The translations under genes were made by a program, and so were the position numbers. The notes beneath the pieces are model-generated. The model did no database searches. It was given only the letters and a program-made list of their open reading frames with translations, and was not told the DNA's origin. A stretch of 64,000 bases of DNA from Actinomycetota bacterium (lineage in GTDB: Bacteria > Actinomycetota > Acidimicrobiia > Spongiisociales > UBA4744). Positions 48,130-57,700 of the stretch are shown here, piece after piece. Position 1 is the stretch's first letter, and the number at the start of each line of letters is the position of its first letter. The DNA is taken from contig JAADGS010000036.1 in assembly GCA_013152275.1 (NCBI GenBank), positions 12 through 64,011 of the forward strand. Direction: 5' to 3'.

Positions 48130-48956
48130 ACGTACACCTCCTCGCCGGTGGTCTCGGTGAGGCAACGGCGCACCAAGACTCTTGTCAGGTGGCGGCGGTA
48201 GTCGGCGCTCGCCCGGGGGTCGTTGCGCACCTCGACGGTCTCCATGGCCTTTTCCGATGCTCGGCCGATGGTTGCGGCGTCGAGGCGGTGGCCGACCAGA
48301 ACCGATGAGGCCTCACTCAGCTCGACGGCCAGGGCCGGTCGCTCGCCGACGACGACCCTGGCCCAGGAGACGACATCGCCTTCGAGACGGATCGCGCAGG
48401 CGACGTTCAAGATGGCGAGGTCATACGTGGTGCGGGCAAACTTTCTGAAGGCGGCTCTTCCCGTGTCGCGCTCGAGATGAACCCCGGTCACGACCAACCG
48501 GGTTCTGTTCTTGCGCGTCGAGTAAAAGTCCGCCAGCGGCATGTGGTGATGGCCCCCGTCGAAGAAGGAGATCCTCGCGTCGACGGAGAGGAGGACCGGC
48601 ACGACATCGGAGAGCCTGCCTCGTGCCAGGTGCCCGCCGATCGAGGCGGCGTTGCGATGCAGCGGAGACGCGACCTGGGCGAGCATCGTCGGGATCACAC
48701 CGGACCAGATATCGGCGAACGGCGAGTAGTCGAGTACATCGGTCAGTGTCGTCAGCGCTCCGATATGGAAGCCTGTGTCGTCGGCCGTGATTCCCCCGAG
48801 ACCCGTGCGCGAGAGATCGACGAGTGTGGTGACATCGGCCGGAGGGTGCACGGTGAGGTCGGTGCCACCAGCGACGAGGCGGGCGCGCGTCCCCAACTTC
48901 TGAAGAGTCCTGAACGCCTCCTCGACGGACGCAGGGTGGAGGTATTCGGTGAACAT
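48126..48956 (-). CDS. xanthine dehydrogenase family, FAD-binding medium subunit (CoxM-like)
   Basis: RLVAGGTDL motif and FAD_binding_5 plus CO-dehydrogenase flavoprotein C-terminal pattern. Confidence 0.9.
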   Translation of the reverse strand: MFTEYLHPASVEEAFRTLQKLGTRARLVAGGTDLTVHPPADVTTLVDLSRTGLGGITADDTGFHIGALTTLTDVLDYSPFADIWSGVIPTMLAQVASPLHRNAASIGGHLARGRLSDVVPVLLSVDARISFFDGGHHHMPLADFYSTRKNRTRLVVTGVHLERDTGRAAFRKFARTTYDLAILNVACAIRLEGDVVSWARVVVGERPALAVELSEASSVLVGHRLDAATIGRASEKAMETVEVRNDPRASADYRRHLTRVLVRRCLTETTGEEVYV

Positions 48957-49206
48957 GCTTCACGAGCCTAGTTGTGTTGCTGCGTTGGTTGGTCACATGG
49001 CTCATGGGCCGTTTCTTCCCGATGGCGGTCTGGGTTCAGGTGTGATCGTGCGTGAGGAATGGGCCGTAGAGGTCCTCGTGGCATTGCCGTTTCGAGTGGA
49101 TCGGCACTGGACGGTCGCTCGACCGGGAGACGGTCGAGGGATGCATGCCACCCGCCTCGGTGAGCGCTCATCACCCATCGACAGAGAGCAACCCGACGGT
49201 TGTCGA

Positions 49207-49251
49207 CGCCGGTTGAATTCTGCGCGCTTTGCGCCGGTTGAATTCTGCGCG
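49207..49251. repeat. 20-mer CGCCGGTTGAATTCTGCGCG repeated directly with 25-bp period
   Basis: Exact copies at 49207-49226 and 49232-49251, just downstream (minus-strand sense) of the istB-like remnant. Confidence 0.85.
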
Positions 49252-49400
49252 GTTTGGTGGATGTCGTCCGTGGCGGCCGGTTGCTTGTGTTTGTCTTCGA
49301 GTCGGCAGAAGCCGCCTTTGAGGATGATGATGTGCGAGTGGTGGACGAGGAGGTCGCCTTGGCCGTGGCCGGAGGCGATGGTGGGAGGTGCCGCCCTTCG
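49207..49400 (-). mobile_element. IS21-family right-end scar (istB C-terminal remnant plus terminal direct repeats), tentative
   Basis: Minus-frame translation of 49293-49355 gives DLLVHHSHIIILKGGFCRLED. This resembles the IstB C-terminus (LDRLxHHxxxxxxxGxSYRL, from memory). IS21 ends carry multiple short direct repeats. No intact transposase is present. Confidence 0.35.
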
Positions 49401-49591
49401 GCGGAGGGAGTTCCGCCAATGGACACCTCGAGACGCGCACCGATTGGCGAGGCCGTTGTGTCCGGGCCGCGATGCCTACCCCGCGGCCTTTCATCACTGC
49501 CGCGTCGCGGTACAAACGAAGCGCCGAGTGCCGGGTGCGGCGAGCGAAGTGGACCGCCGATCCACGCGCCGGCATCACTCGGCGGGCGCTT

Positions 49592-51139
49592 CTAGGGCTT
49601 TGCCCAGTCCGGGAGCGTGACTTCTTTCCAGCTGTCGTAGCTCCAGTCGTTGTCCAGGAGCGGGAACATCGGCGGGCGAAGGTACTCGAGCCGCGAGTCG
49701 AAGCCGTAGTGCCGATACTTGATGTACGAGGCGATGGCACCGACGTTGCGGGTCGCAATGGATCCGTTGGTATAGAGGTGGGATTCGGGCGGAGCGTACC
49801 CGCTGAATCGCCACCGGGCGTACTGGCCCAGGAGTGCTGCGTTGATGTACATCTTGCGGTCGGAACCGACTGCATTGTGATTCACGACAATCTCGTCGGA
49901 GGCCACGAGACCCAAAATGTCCTGAGAGTTTGGATCGTCGTAGTAGGTGTCGGCGTTGATGATGAGGTTCTTTCGCGAAGCCGCCGAACCCGCATACATG
50001 GTCAACGACCCGCGCAGAATCGAGTCCTTGAAGCCGTCGCCGTCTTGGTCCACGCCAACGGGCGCGTACCGATCGCCCACGACGAGGTGCTGGTTGGCCC
50101 ACAGCGTTCCACTGACAGGCATGTCGAACGTGCCGTAGAGGGTCCATCCCGCCGATCCCGACTGCGCATTCGACCACCACCATGTCTCGCTGTGTGAGGT
50201 CGTCGACTTCAGGATCCGGAGCTTTCCCACGCCTCCATCCACGTAGGCGTGCACCAGCCACGCGGTTGCGTTGGCGTCGTCGAGACAGATGCCGCTGCCG
50301 CCGCAGGCCGTGCTCTTCACCAGGTCGAGATCATCCCAGAAGTCGTTGAAGTCGAGCGGCTGGGGATACGCATCGCGGATGTTGTTGAAACTTCCGGTCG
50401 GGGAGCTCTCCCATCCCTGGGCGCCGTCTGCCCAAACTGCCGGAGGGGAGGTGATCTTGCCTTCGGCGAACACGTCTGCGTGAGCCGTCGTGTCGCCGGC
50501 GAAGGAGATGTTGCCGCCGGCGTAGATCTTGCCGAACGTCTCGGCATAGGCACCGTATGACAGGTCGGTCTGCACTGCTCGGTAGAACTCCGACAAGGCG
50601 GTTGCATGGATGCTTGCCGTGATGGCGCGACGTTGCACCGACGTCCCGCGCTTACCGACAACCATCACTTCGACGGGTCCACTGATCGGCGGTGTGACTT
50701 CCATGAGCACACCGATGTCGTTCCTGCTGGCCGCCGCGTTCAACACCGGGTGTACGTACCAGTCAGGATCCGGTATGCCGTCTCCATTCCGATCGGGGTC
50801 GAGGTACGACCACGTCTGACAGCCTGCGAGCCACGCGTTGCCTGGTTGGACTATCTGCCCGTAGCCCGCCGCCGTGACCGTTTCGCAGCGCCGAGCCCGC
50901 TCTGCCTCGTCGACCCAATGAAGGTAGTAGAGGGGATCGATGGTCAGCTTGGAGGCGTAGCGGTCCAGCATTGCCTCTGCACCTGCCACGACGGTATCTT
51001 CACGCTGCTGGGAGCGTGCCTGCTCATACTGGATGGTGGCCTCTTTCAGCAGGGCAACGATGACCAGACTGACGAGCAGCAGCATCATCATCACCGTGAT
51101 GAGAGCGATGCCCTGGTCGTTTCGGTCAGTCCGTCGCAT
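49592..51139 (-). CDS. PilX-N-domain minor pilin-like protein
   Basis: N-terminus MRRTDRNDQGIALITVMMMLLLVSLVIVALL is typical of the PilX N-terminal domain. Large extracellular C-terminal part. Confidence 0.72.
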   Translation of the reverse strand: MRRTDRNDQGIALITVMMMLLLVSLVIVALLKEATIQYEQARSQQREDTVVAGAEAMLDRYASKLTIDPLYYLHWVDEAERARRCETVTAAGYGQIVQPGNAWLAGCQTWSYLDPDRNGDGIPDPDWYVHPVLNAAASRNDIGVLMEVTPPISGPVEVMVVGKRGTSVQRRAITASIHATALSEFYRAVQTDLSYGAYAETFGKIYAGGNISFAGDTTAHADVFAEGKITSPPAVWADGAQGWESSPTGSFNNIRDAYPQPLDFNDFWDDLDLVKSTACGGSGICLDDANATAWLVHAYVDGGVGKLRILKSTTSHSETWWWSNAQSGSAGWTLYGTFDMPVSGTLWANQHLVVGDRYAPVGVDQDGDGFKDSILRGSLTMYAGSAASRKNLIINADTYYDDPNSQDILGLVASDEIVVNHNAVGSDRKMYINAALLGQYARWRFSGYAPPESHLYTNGSIATRNVGAIASYIKYRHYGFDSRLEYLRPPMFPLLDNDWSYDSWKEVTLPDWAKP

Positions 51140-51827
51140 TGCGCAGTCTCACTTCTTCGTGGAGGGCCATCGGGTTCAGCCCGGTGCTTGACGCATACGC
51201 GATACGCAGATCGACGATGATGAGTGGAGCGTTGCAGCGCGTCGACTCGACAGAACTCTCACATGAGGCAACCTCGGTACGAGTCGCAGGGCTACCCACC
51301 CATTCCACCGCCCGGAAGATGGGGCCCACGGACACGTACGGGTCTGCCAGCACGTTCTCGAGGGTGATGAACTGGCGATGGATCACGTTGTCGTCGAAGG
51401 TGTAGTCGGGAGGTACGGACGAGGTGTCCGCGGTATAGATCGTCTCTTTGAGATCGCACGTGCCACCTTGCGCGCCGTTGGAGCAATCGACCAGCTCGTA
51501 GACGTATTTCTCCGGAGCCGGATGCGGTTGGAGGCGGTCGCTATAGAAGACGAGCCTGTTCCACGCGACCTCCTGGATCGGCCGGCTCGACGCGATCGAC
51601 AAAGGAGCACTGGCCTGGCGAAGCTCCACGACCAGGCCTTCGAGCATCGGTCGGGCCTCCCGCTGAACTTGCGCGAGGGAGGATTGACGTGCAAGGTCGG
51701 TCATGAGGCCGGTCACGACGGCGAAGATCGACGCGAGGGTGAGCGAGGTGATCGCGGTGGCGATCATCATTTCGACCACGGTGAAACCTTCGTCTCGGTG
51801 CCGGAGGAACGCGAAGATGTGCTTCAT
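51126..51827 (-). CDS. prepilin-type N-terminal cleavage/methylation domain protein (PilW-like)
   Basis: RDEG|FTVVEMMIATAITSL, with Glu at +5. Confidence 0.75.
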   Translation of the reverse strand: MKHIFAFLRHRDEGFTVVEMMIATAITSLTLASIFAVVTGLMTDLARQSSLAQVQREARPMLEGLVVELRQASAPLSIASSRPIQEVAWNRLVFYSDRLQPHPAPEKYVYELVDCSNGAQGGTCDLKETIYTADTSSVPPDYTFDDNVIHRQFITLENVLADPYVSVGPIFRAVEWVGSPATRTEVASCESSVESTRCNAPLIIVDLRIAYASSTGLNPMALHEEVRLRNATD

Positions 51828-53461
51828 GACGCCGGACACGTCTTCCTGGAATAGGTTGACCACACCTTGTGAGACCCGGAATACACTCGGAGTCTGCTGG
51901 TGCTCTTGGTCGAGCCGTTCAGGCAAACCTTCTTGACGGTCCAGTTACCTGCCGCCACTGCTGCCGAGCCTTGGCCGTTCACATTCGGGTATACGAGGAT
52001 CACGTCGTCGGGGTTGCCGCCCCTGGGCAGGTACTCGTAGTGCTCGACCGCCTGGTTGTTGTCGGTGAACGTGATCAGTCCGTATCCGGACGGCGTGGAG
52101 AGGGTCATGATCAGCGTCTGATCGTTCGAAACCGTGACGTTCTGCGTCCGCGATTGGTGCCCGAATGGGGACGTCGCGGTGACGGTGACGGTGACGTGGT
52201 TTCCTTCGACGAAGTGGGCAACCTCACCGTTCTGGTCGGTTGTCGCCGTGCTGGTGCCGGCAGCCACGACGAAGGTGAGTCCTACGCCGCGAATCGGAAC
52301 GCCTGTGGCGTCCTTGACCTGCACCGTGAGGGTGGAACCGACAGCGACCGTCAGTGCGAATGTCTCGGTGTGGTCCGCGGTGTCGGGGTAGCCGGACGGG
52401 ACCAGCACGTTGGAACGGTCGACCTGGGAGTAGCCGTTGGCCAGCAGGGAGAACGAGTAGGAGCCCGGGATGAGCGGGGCACCGTTTGCCTCGGTGATAT
52501 CCCAGCCGCTCCCGTTCCATTCGGGGGAGGCTTCGGTAAAGGTGACCACGCCGAGCGGTTCGGTGAGCGTCAGGGTCGCAGGTCCTCCGACAGGTAATCC
52601 GTTCGCGTCGTCGTACATCTCGACGTGAAGGACGGCGGGATGGTAGATGCGCACCGTCATATTTGCGGTCTGGGTTGGTGCGACGTGGATTCGCTCTGCT
52701 TCGGTCCCGATGTCGCCCGGATGGATGCGCCACCCGCCGGAGTCGAGAGAACCCATCGAGCCTCCGAGCCTGGCGTAGTAGTAATAGTCGACCCCGGAAC
52801 TGGTGTTGGCATCCAGTCCGGCGAAGATCTGGGTCGCGTCGGGTGTTCCCGGAAAGGCGACGAAGCCCGTGTCTTCCACGAGGAAGACCTTCGGGTAGGG
52901 CAGGATGCTCGGTGAAGCACCGTCCGGTTCCACTTTCACGAGGCTGACAATCGCATTCGCCTTGTTGTCGTCGGCGGCCATCGACGGTGGAGCGATGATC
53001 GTCGTCATCGCGATCGGCTTGAAATCGCCGGTGGTACGGCTGACCGTGACGATGACCTGTTTGTAGTCGATGCCAGAGTCGAAATGCCCTTGTACGCCGT
53101 CACCGCCTTGGGGAATGACGTCTTCGCCGGGATTGATGCTTCCGAAGTACTTGATGTCGGTGGAGACGGTGAAGTTCAGCCCGTTGACCGTCACCGTCTC
53201 AGAGGGCTGCAACACCCCCGAAGGCAGGCTGGACGTGTAGCCGACGTCTTGGTAGGCGAGACTGCGCAGTTCCTCGATACGGCCCTGAGCGATGTTCGTG
53301 GCGATGGTGGCCTGGCTCGACCTGCGCAGAATGTCGAATCCACTGGAGATCGGCCCGATGGTCATGACGATGACTGCACCGAGGATCGCCAAGGCAACCG
53401 CGACCTCCACCACGGTGAAACCATGGTCGGACCGGACATTCGGTTTCATACCGTTGTCCAT
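51824..53461 (-). CDS. large prepilin-type pseudopilin (PilV-like N-terminus, beta-sandwich C-terminal domains)
   Basis: SDHG|FTVVEVAVALAILG. PilV-like ATNIAQGRIEELRSL. C-terminal carboxypeptidase-regulatory-like stretch VQVKDATGVPIRGVGLTFV...TDQNGEVAHF. ATGA overlap with the next gene. Confidence 0.75.
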   Translation of the reverse strand: MDNGMKPNVRSDHGFTVVEVAVALAILGAVIVMTIGPISSGFDILRRSSQATIATNIAQGRIEELRSLAYQDVGYTSSLPSGVLQPSETVTVNGLNFTVSTDIKYFGSINPGEDVIPQGGDGVQGHFDSGIDYKQVIVTVSRTTGDFKPIAMTTIIAPPSMAADDNKANAIVSLVKVEPDGASPSILPYPKVFLVEDTGFVAFPGTPDATQIFAGLDANTSSGVDYYYYARLGGSMGSLDSGGWRIHPGDIGTEAERIHVAPTQTANMTVRIYHPAVLHVEMYDDANGLPVGGPATLTLTEPLGVVTFTEASPEWNGSGWDITEANGAPLIPGSYSFSLLANGYSQVDRSNVLVPSGYPDTADHTETFALTVAVGSTLTVQVKDATGVPIRGVGLTFVVAAGTSTATTDQNGEVAHFVEGNHVTVTVTATSPFGHQSRTQNVTVSNDQTLIMTLSTPSGYGLITFTDNNQAVEHYEYLPRGGNPDDVILVYPNVNGQGSAAVAAGNWTVKKVCLNGSTKSTSRLRVYSGSHKVWSTYSRKTCPAS

Positions 53462-53538
53462 CGGTAGGAGCGCCTGTTCGCTTGAGGGTTGTTGGACATC
53501 GAAATGAAGTGACTAGTGCCCTTTGCCGCCAGATCTCT

Positions 53539-53588
53539 GAACCCAGGGCTCAGGGGGGTCGCCACGACCCCTACGAACCCAGGGTTCG
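53539..53588. promoter_or_regulatory. two GAACCCAGGG(C/T)TC palindromes flanking a GGGGTCG-CCA-CGACCCC hairpin
   Basis: 53539-53551 is a near-palindrome. 53574-53588 is a perfect CGAACCC-A-GGGTTCG. The hairpin lies at 53555-53571. All sit in the divergent intergenic region between the pilin operon and ssnA. Confidence 0.35.
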
Positions 53589-53682
53589 CAGGTACCCGTG
53601 TGTCGGCGTGATCGGTCTCGATGACATCAGCACGAACCTACGACTCGGAACACTAGGTTGAAGTTGACGAACGGGAGATCCC

Positions 53683-54705
53683 ATGCCGGCGACAACTCCA
53701 GGAATGGTCTGCGCACACCACCACCTCTACTCGGTGCTTGCACGGGGCATGCCTGCTCCGCCAAAAACACCGACCAATTTCCTCGAGATTCTCGAACAGG
53801 TGTGGTGGCGCCTCGATATCGCTCTCGATCTCGACATGTTGGAGTGGTCGGCAAAGCTGGGCGCACTGGAGGCTCTGGAGCAAGGCACCACGGTGATCGT
53901 GGATCACAACGAATCGCCAAACGCCATCGAGGGCAGTCTTTCTGTCATCGCGGACGCCTGCGCGGAAGTCGGGGTGCGAGTGGTGTGTGCGTACGGCATC
54001 ACGGATCGTCACGGGCATGAGGCGGCGCTGAGAGGCCTGGCGGAGAACGAACGTTTCATCAGGGGCGGTGGCAGGGGATTGGTCGGCATTCACGCAGCGT
54101 TCACCTGTGCCGACGAGAGTCTCGAATCTGCAGCGGGGATCGCGAGAGACCTCGGCGTGGGAGTGCACATCCACGTCGCGGAAGGCGAGGTGGACATCGA
54201 AGCCTGCCGGCGACTTGGTGCGCTGACACAGGATGATTGGCTTCTCATCCACGCGGTCCACCTGCCCACCGATCATGGCCTCTCCGGAACGATCGTGCAC
54301 AACCCACGCTCGAATCTCAACAATGCCGTTGGATATGCGAACCCTGCCCGGTTCACCAACCCGGTCGCCTTGGGAACGGACGGAATCGGTGCTGCCATGA
54401 TCGAGTCGTTCCGTCTCGCCTACGTCATGCAACGGTCCGTGGACGTGACGGCGAGCCCGGAGACGGCATGGGGCTGGCTGGAAGAAGGCTGGTGTATCGC
54501 CCCAGAGGCACTCGATGATCTGGTGACCTGGTCGTACGATCCTGTGGACCCGTGGCATCTTGCGTTCACATCCGGCGTGCATCCGGTGAGGGTCGAGATC
54601 GCGGGAGAGGTCGTCTTCGAGGACGGGAAACCGACGCGGGTCGATGCAAAGGAGATTCGGGCGAAAGCCCGAGAGCAGGCCATGCGCCTCCACGCCCGGC
54701 TATGA
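53683..54705 (+). CDS. ssnA: SsnA-like amidohydrolase (N-terminally short form)
   Basis: PGMVCAHHHLYSVLARG...LEQVWWRLDIALD, HIHVAEG, VHNPRSNLNNAVGY and GTDG motifs. SD GGGAGA. An in-frame TGA lies 18 nt upstream of the ATG. Confidence 0.85.
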   Translation: MPATTPGMVCAHHHLYSVLARGMPAPPKTPTNFLEILEQVWWRLDIALDLDMLEWSAKLGALEALEQGTTVIVDHNESPNAIEGSLSVIADACAEVGVRVVCAYGITDRHGHEAALRGLAENERFIRGGGRGLVGIHAAFTCADESLESAAGIARDLGVGVHIHVAEGEVDIEACRRLGALTQDDWLLIHAVHLPTDHGLSGTIVHNPRSNLNNAVGYANPARFTNPVALGTDGIGAAMIESFRLAYVMQRSVDVTASPETAWGWLEEGWCIAPEALDDLVTWSYDPVDPWHLAFTSGVHPVRVEIAGEVVFEDGKPTRVDAKEIRAKAREQAMRLHARL

Positions 54706-54747
54706 GTGGCCACGAGCATCGGCCGGCGAGAAGAAGGAGAGCAAAGG

Positions 54748-57700
54748 ATGTCTGACCGATTCCACCCGATCTCGATGCGTCAACTCAGCCATTGGATCTT
54801 CTCTGATCTTGCGGAAAACGACTGTGTCTTTGGTGTCCCGCGCTCGGCGTTCTTCGTCCCCGGCCCGGACGATCACTTTCGCACAAACAACTACGGCTAC
54901 CCGATGGACAACCCGTTTGGCGTGGCAGCCGGGCCGCACACGCAGATGGCGCAGAACATCGTCGTCGCCTGGCTGAACGGCGCACGTTTCATCGAGTTGA
55001 AAACGGTCCAGACGCTCGACGAGTTGGACGTGCCCAAACCGTGTATCGACTGTCAGGACGAGGGCTACAACGTCGAATGGTCCCAAGAGTTGAAGATTCA
55101 CGAATCGTTCGACGAGTACCTGCGTGCCTGGGTGCTGATCCATGCGCTCCATCGCAAGCTCGGATTCGCCGGGGACGGTCCCGGGATGATCTTCAACATG
55201 AGTGTCGGGTACGACTACGCGGGTATCCGTAGGCCCAACGTGCAGTGGTATCTCGACCAGATGCACGACGCCTCCGCCTATCTCGACGAGTATGTCGACA
55301 TCGTGGCGGAGGACTGTCCCGAGGTGCGGGACATCGACATCCCTGCCCGGCTGTCCGACACGATCACCCTCTCCACGATGCACGGCTGCCCACCCGACGA
55401 GATCGAGAAGATCAGCAAGTACCTGATGAGGGAGCGGGCGCTCCACACGAGTGTGAAGTCGAATCCGACGCTTCTCGGTCCGGGGAAGGTTCGTGAGATC
55501 CTTCACGACGACCTGGGGTACGTCGACGTTACCGTGCCGGACGAGGCCTTCGAACACGACCTGCGCTACGAGGATGCCGTGGCGATGTTTCACCGTCTCC
55601 TTCGTGTCGCACACTCGATGGGGGTCACCTTCGGTGTGAAGCTCTCCAATACCCTCGAGGTTCTGAACTTCAGAGAGGTCTTCGAGGAAGCGACGATGTA
55701 CATGTCCGGGCGCGCGCTGCACGCGATCACGGTGAATGTCGCCAACGAGCTCAACGAGGAGTTCAAGGGAGATCTCCCCATCTCGTTCGCCGGCGGAGCC
55801 GACGCATTCAATGTTCCGGCGCTGCTGCGCTCGGGGATGAAGAGTGTCACCGTGTGCTCCGACCTGCTCAAATCGGGCGGCTACATGCGAATGCTGCAGT
55901 ACTTCGAGACGACCGACGCGGCAATGGGCCTCGTCGGAGCGACGGACCTCGCCGACTTCATCGCCCGCTCTGCAATCCGTGACCCGGGGTTCGGCGATTT
56001 CGCATCGATCCTGAGCACGACATCGTTCAGCGATACCGGCCTGAATCCTGACATGGACGAGTGCGAAGCGCTGGCCGCCTTTCTCTCTGCGGGGTTCGAA
56101 GGAAGCGCGTCGGAGGCGATTCGGGATTGGGGAGTGCGACGAGGTTTGACGGAGACGGAGGTCGGGGAGTTCGCCGATGAGGTCGTGAAGGCCCTGGCGA
56201 GGATCAACCTGCGCTCCTATGCGAGCCAGGTTCGACGGGCGTTTGAGCTCAAGAAGAGCTCATTCCTTCGTGACAGGTCCAAGACTGCCCGTCCGTTGGG
56301 GCTCTTCGACTGCATCGAAGCTCCCTGTGAGGACGAATGTCCCGTGAATCAGCGTGTCCCCGAGTACATGCGCGCGGTTCAGGATGGGGACTGGGCTCGA
56401 GCCGTCGAGGTGACTCGCCAGGACAACCCGATTCCGACGATCCTGGGCGAGGTCTGCGACCACCTCTGTGAGCTCACGTGCATCAGGACCCACTACGACG
56501 AGCCCCTTGCGATTCGCGGCATCAAGCGTTTCATCATGAAGCACGAAACAGACCCGAATCTGGTGCCCCAGGCACCGCCGAACGGCATACGGGTCGCGAT
56601 CATCGGTACGGGACCGGCCGGAATCTCGGCTGCCGAGCGTCTCGCGATGAACGGATTCTCGGTAACGATGTTCGAACAACACCTCTATGCGGGTGGCATG
56701 GTGGCCGGAGCGATTCCCGAGTACCGCCTGCCCCAGCCCGAAATCGACCACGATCTCGAGGTGCTCGACGAACTCGGTGTGGAGATTCGCTACGGACAGA
56801 CGGCAGGCAAGGATTTCACCGTCTCTGATCTGCGGGAACAGGGGTACGCATACATCGTCGTGGGCGTCGGGGCACAGATCGGCAAGAGGCTCGGTCTGGA
56901 GGGCGAAGACGCCGCCGGAGTGATCGACGCCTTGCACTTCTTGAGAGAGGCGCGGGAGGGGCACCCGGTACGGGTCGGGAAACGTGTGGCAGTCATCGGG
57001 GCCGGTGACACGGCGATGGACTGTGCGCGGACGGCCTGGCGCCTCGGGGCGGACGAAGTGACGGTCGTCTACCGGCGGACGATCGACCAGATGCCGGCCG
57101 ATCGGGAAGAAGTCCACGCGCTCCTCGAGGAGGGCATCGGCGTGGTGGAGTTGGCAAGTCCCGTCGCTCTCCACATCGAAGGCGGTGCTCTCACAGGATT
57201 GGTCTGTGTCCGCAACGAATACCGGGGAGATCGGGACGGGTCCGGGCGCAAGATTCCGCATCCGATCGAGGGCTCCGAGTTCGAGCTTCCATTCGACATG
57301 TTGATCTTGGCCATCAGTCAGCACGCGTCGATCGACTTCTTCGGAGAGGAGGTGCCACGCCTCACCGATCGCGGATATCTCGAAGTCGATCCGTTGACGT
57401 TGGAGACTTCGGTCCCAGGGATCTTCGCCGCGGGCGATGTTGCGGGGTCGGGTCCGGCCTCGATCGTCAAGGCCGCGGCCGATGGCAAGGCGGTGGCGGC
57501 AGCAATCATTGCTCGAGAAGGCGGCGTGGTCGAGCCTGCGCCCCGGGTGCTACCCGACATTCCCGTTGCGGACCTTCAGGTACGAAAAGCCCATCGGGAG
57601 TATCGCGTTCCGATCACTCATGCGCCGGTCGCCGAGCGGAAGAACTTCGCCGTCTCGACCTTCCCGTACACGGTCGAGGAGGCCCGGGCGGAGGCTGCTC

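Noticed and set aside
48949-49620. 223-aa plus-strand ORF between the XDH operon and the pilin genes
   Set aside because: It crosses the tandem 20-mer repeats and the istB-like remnant. Its composition is Arg/Trp/Cys-rich with no motifs.
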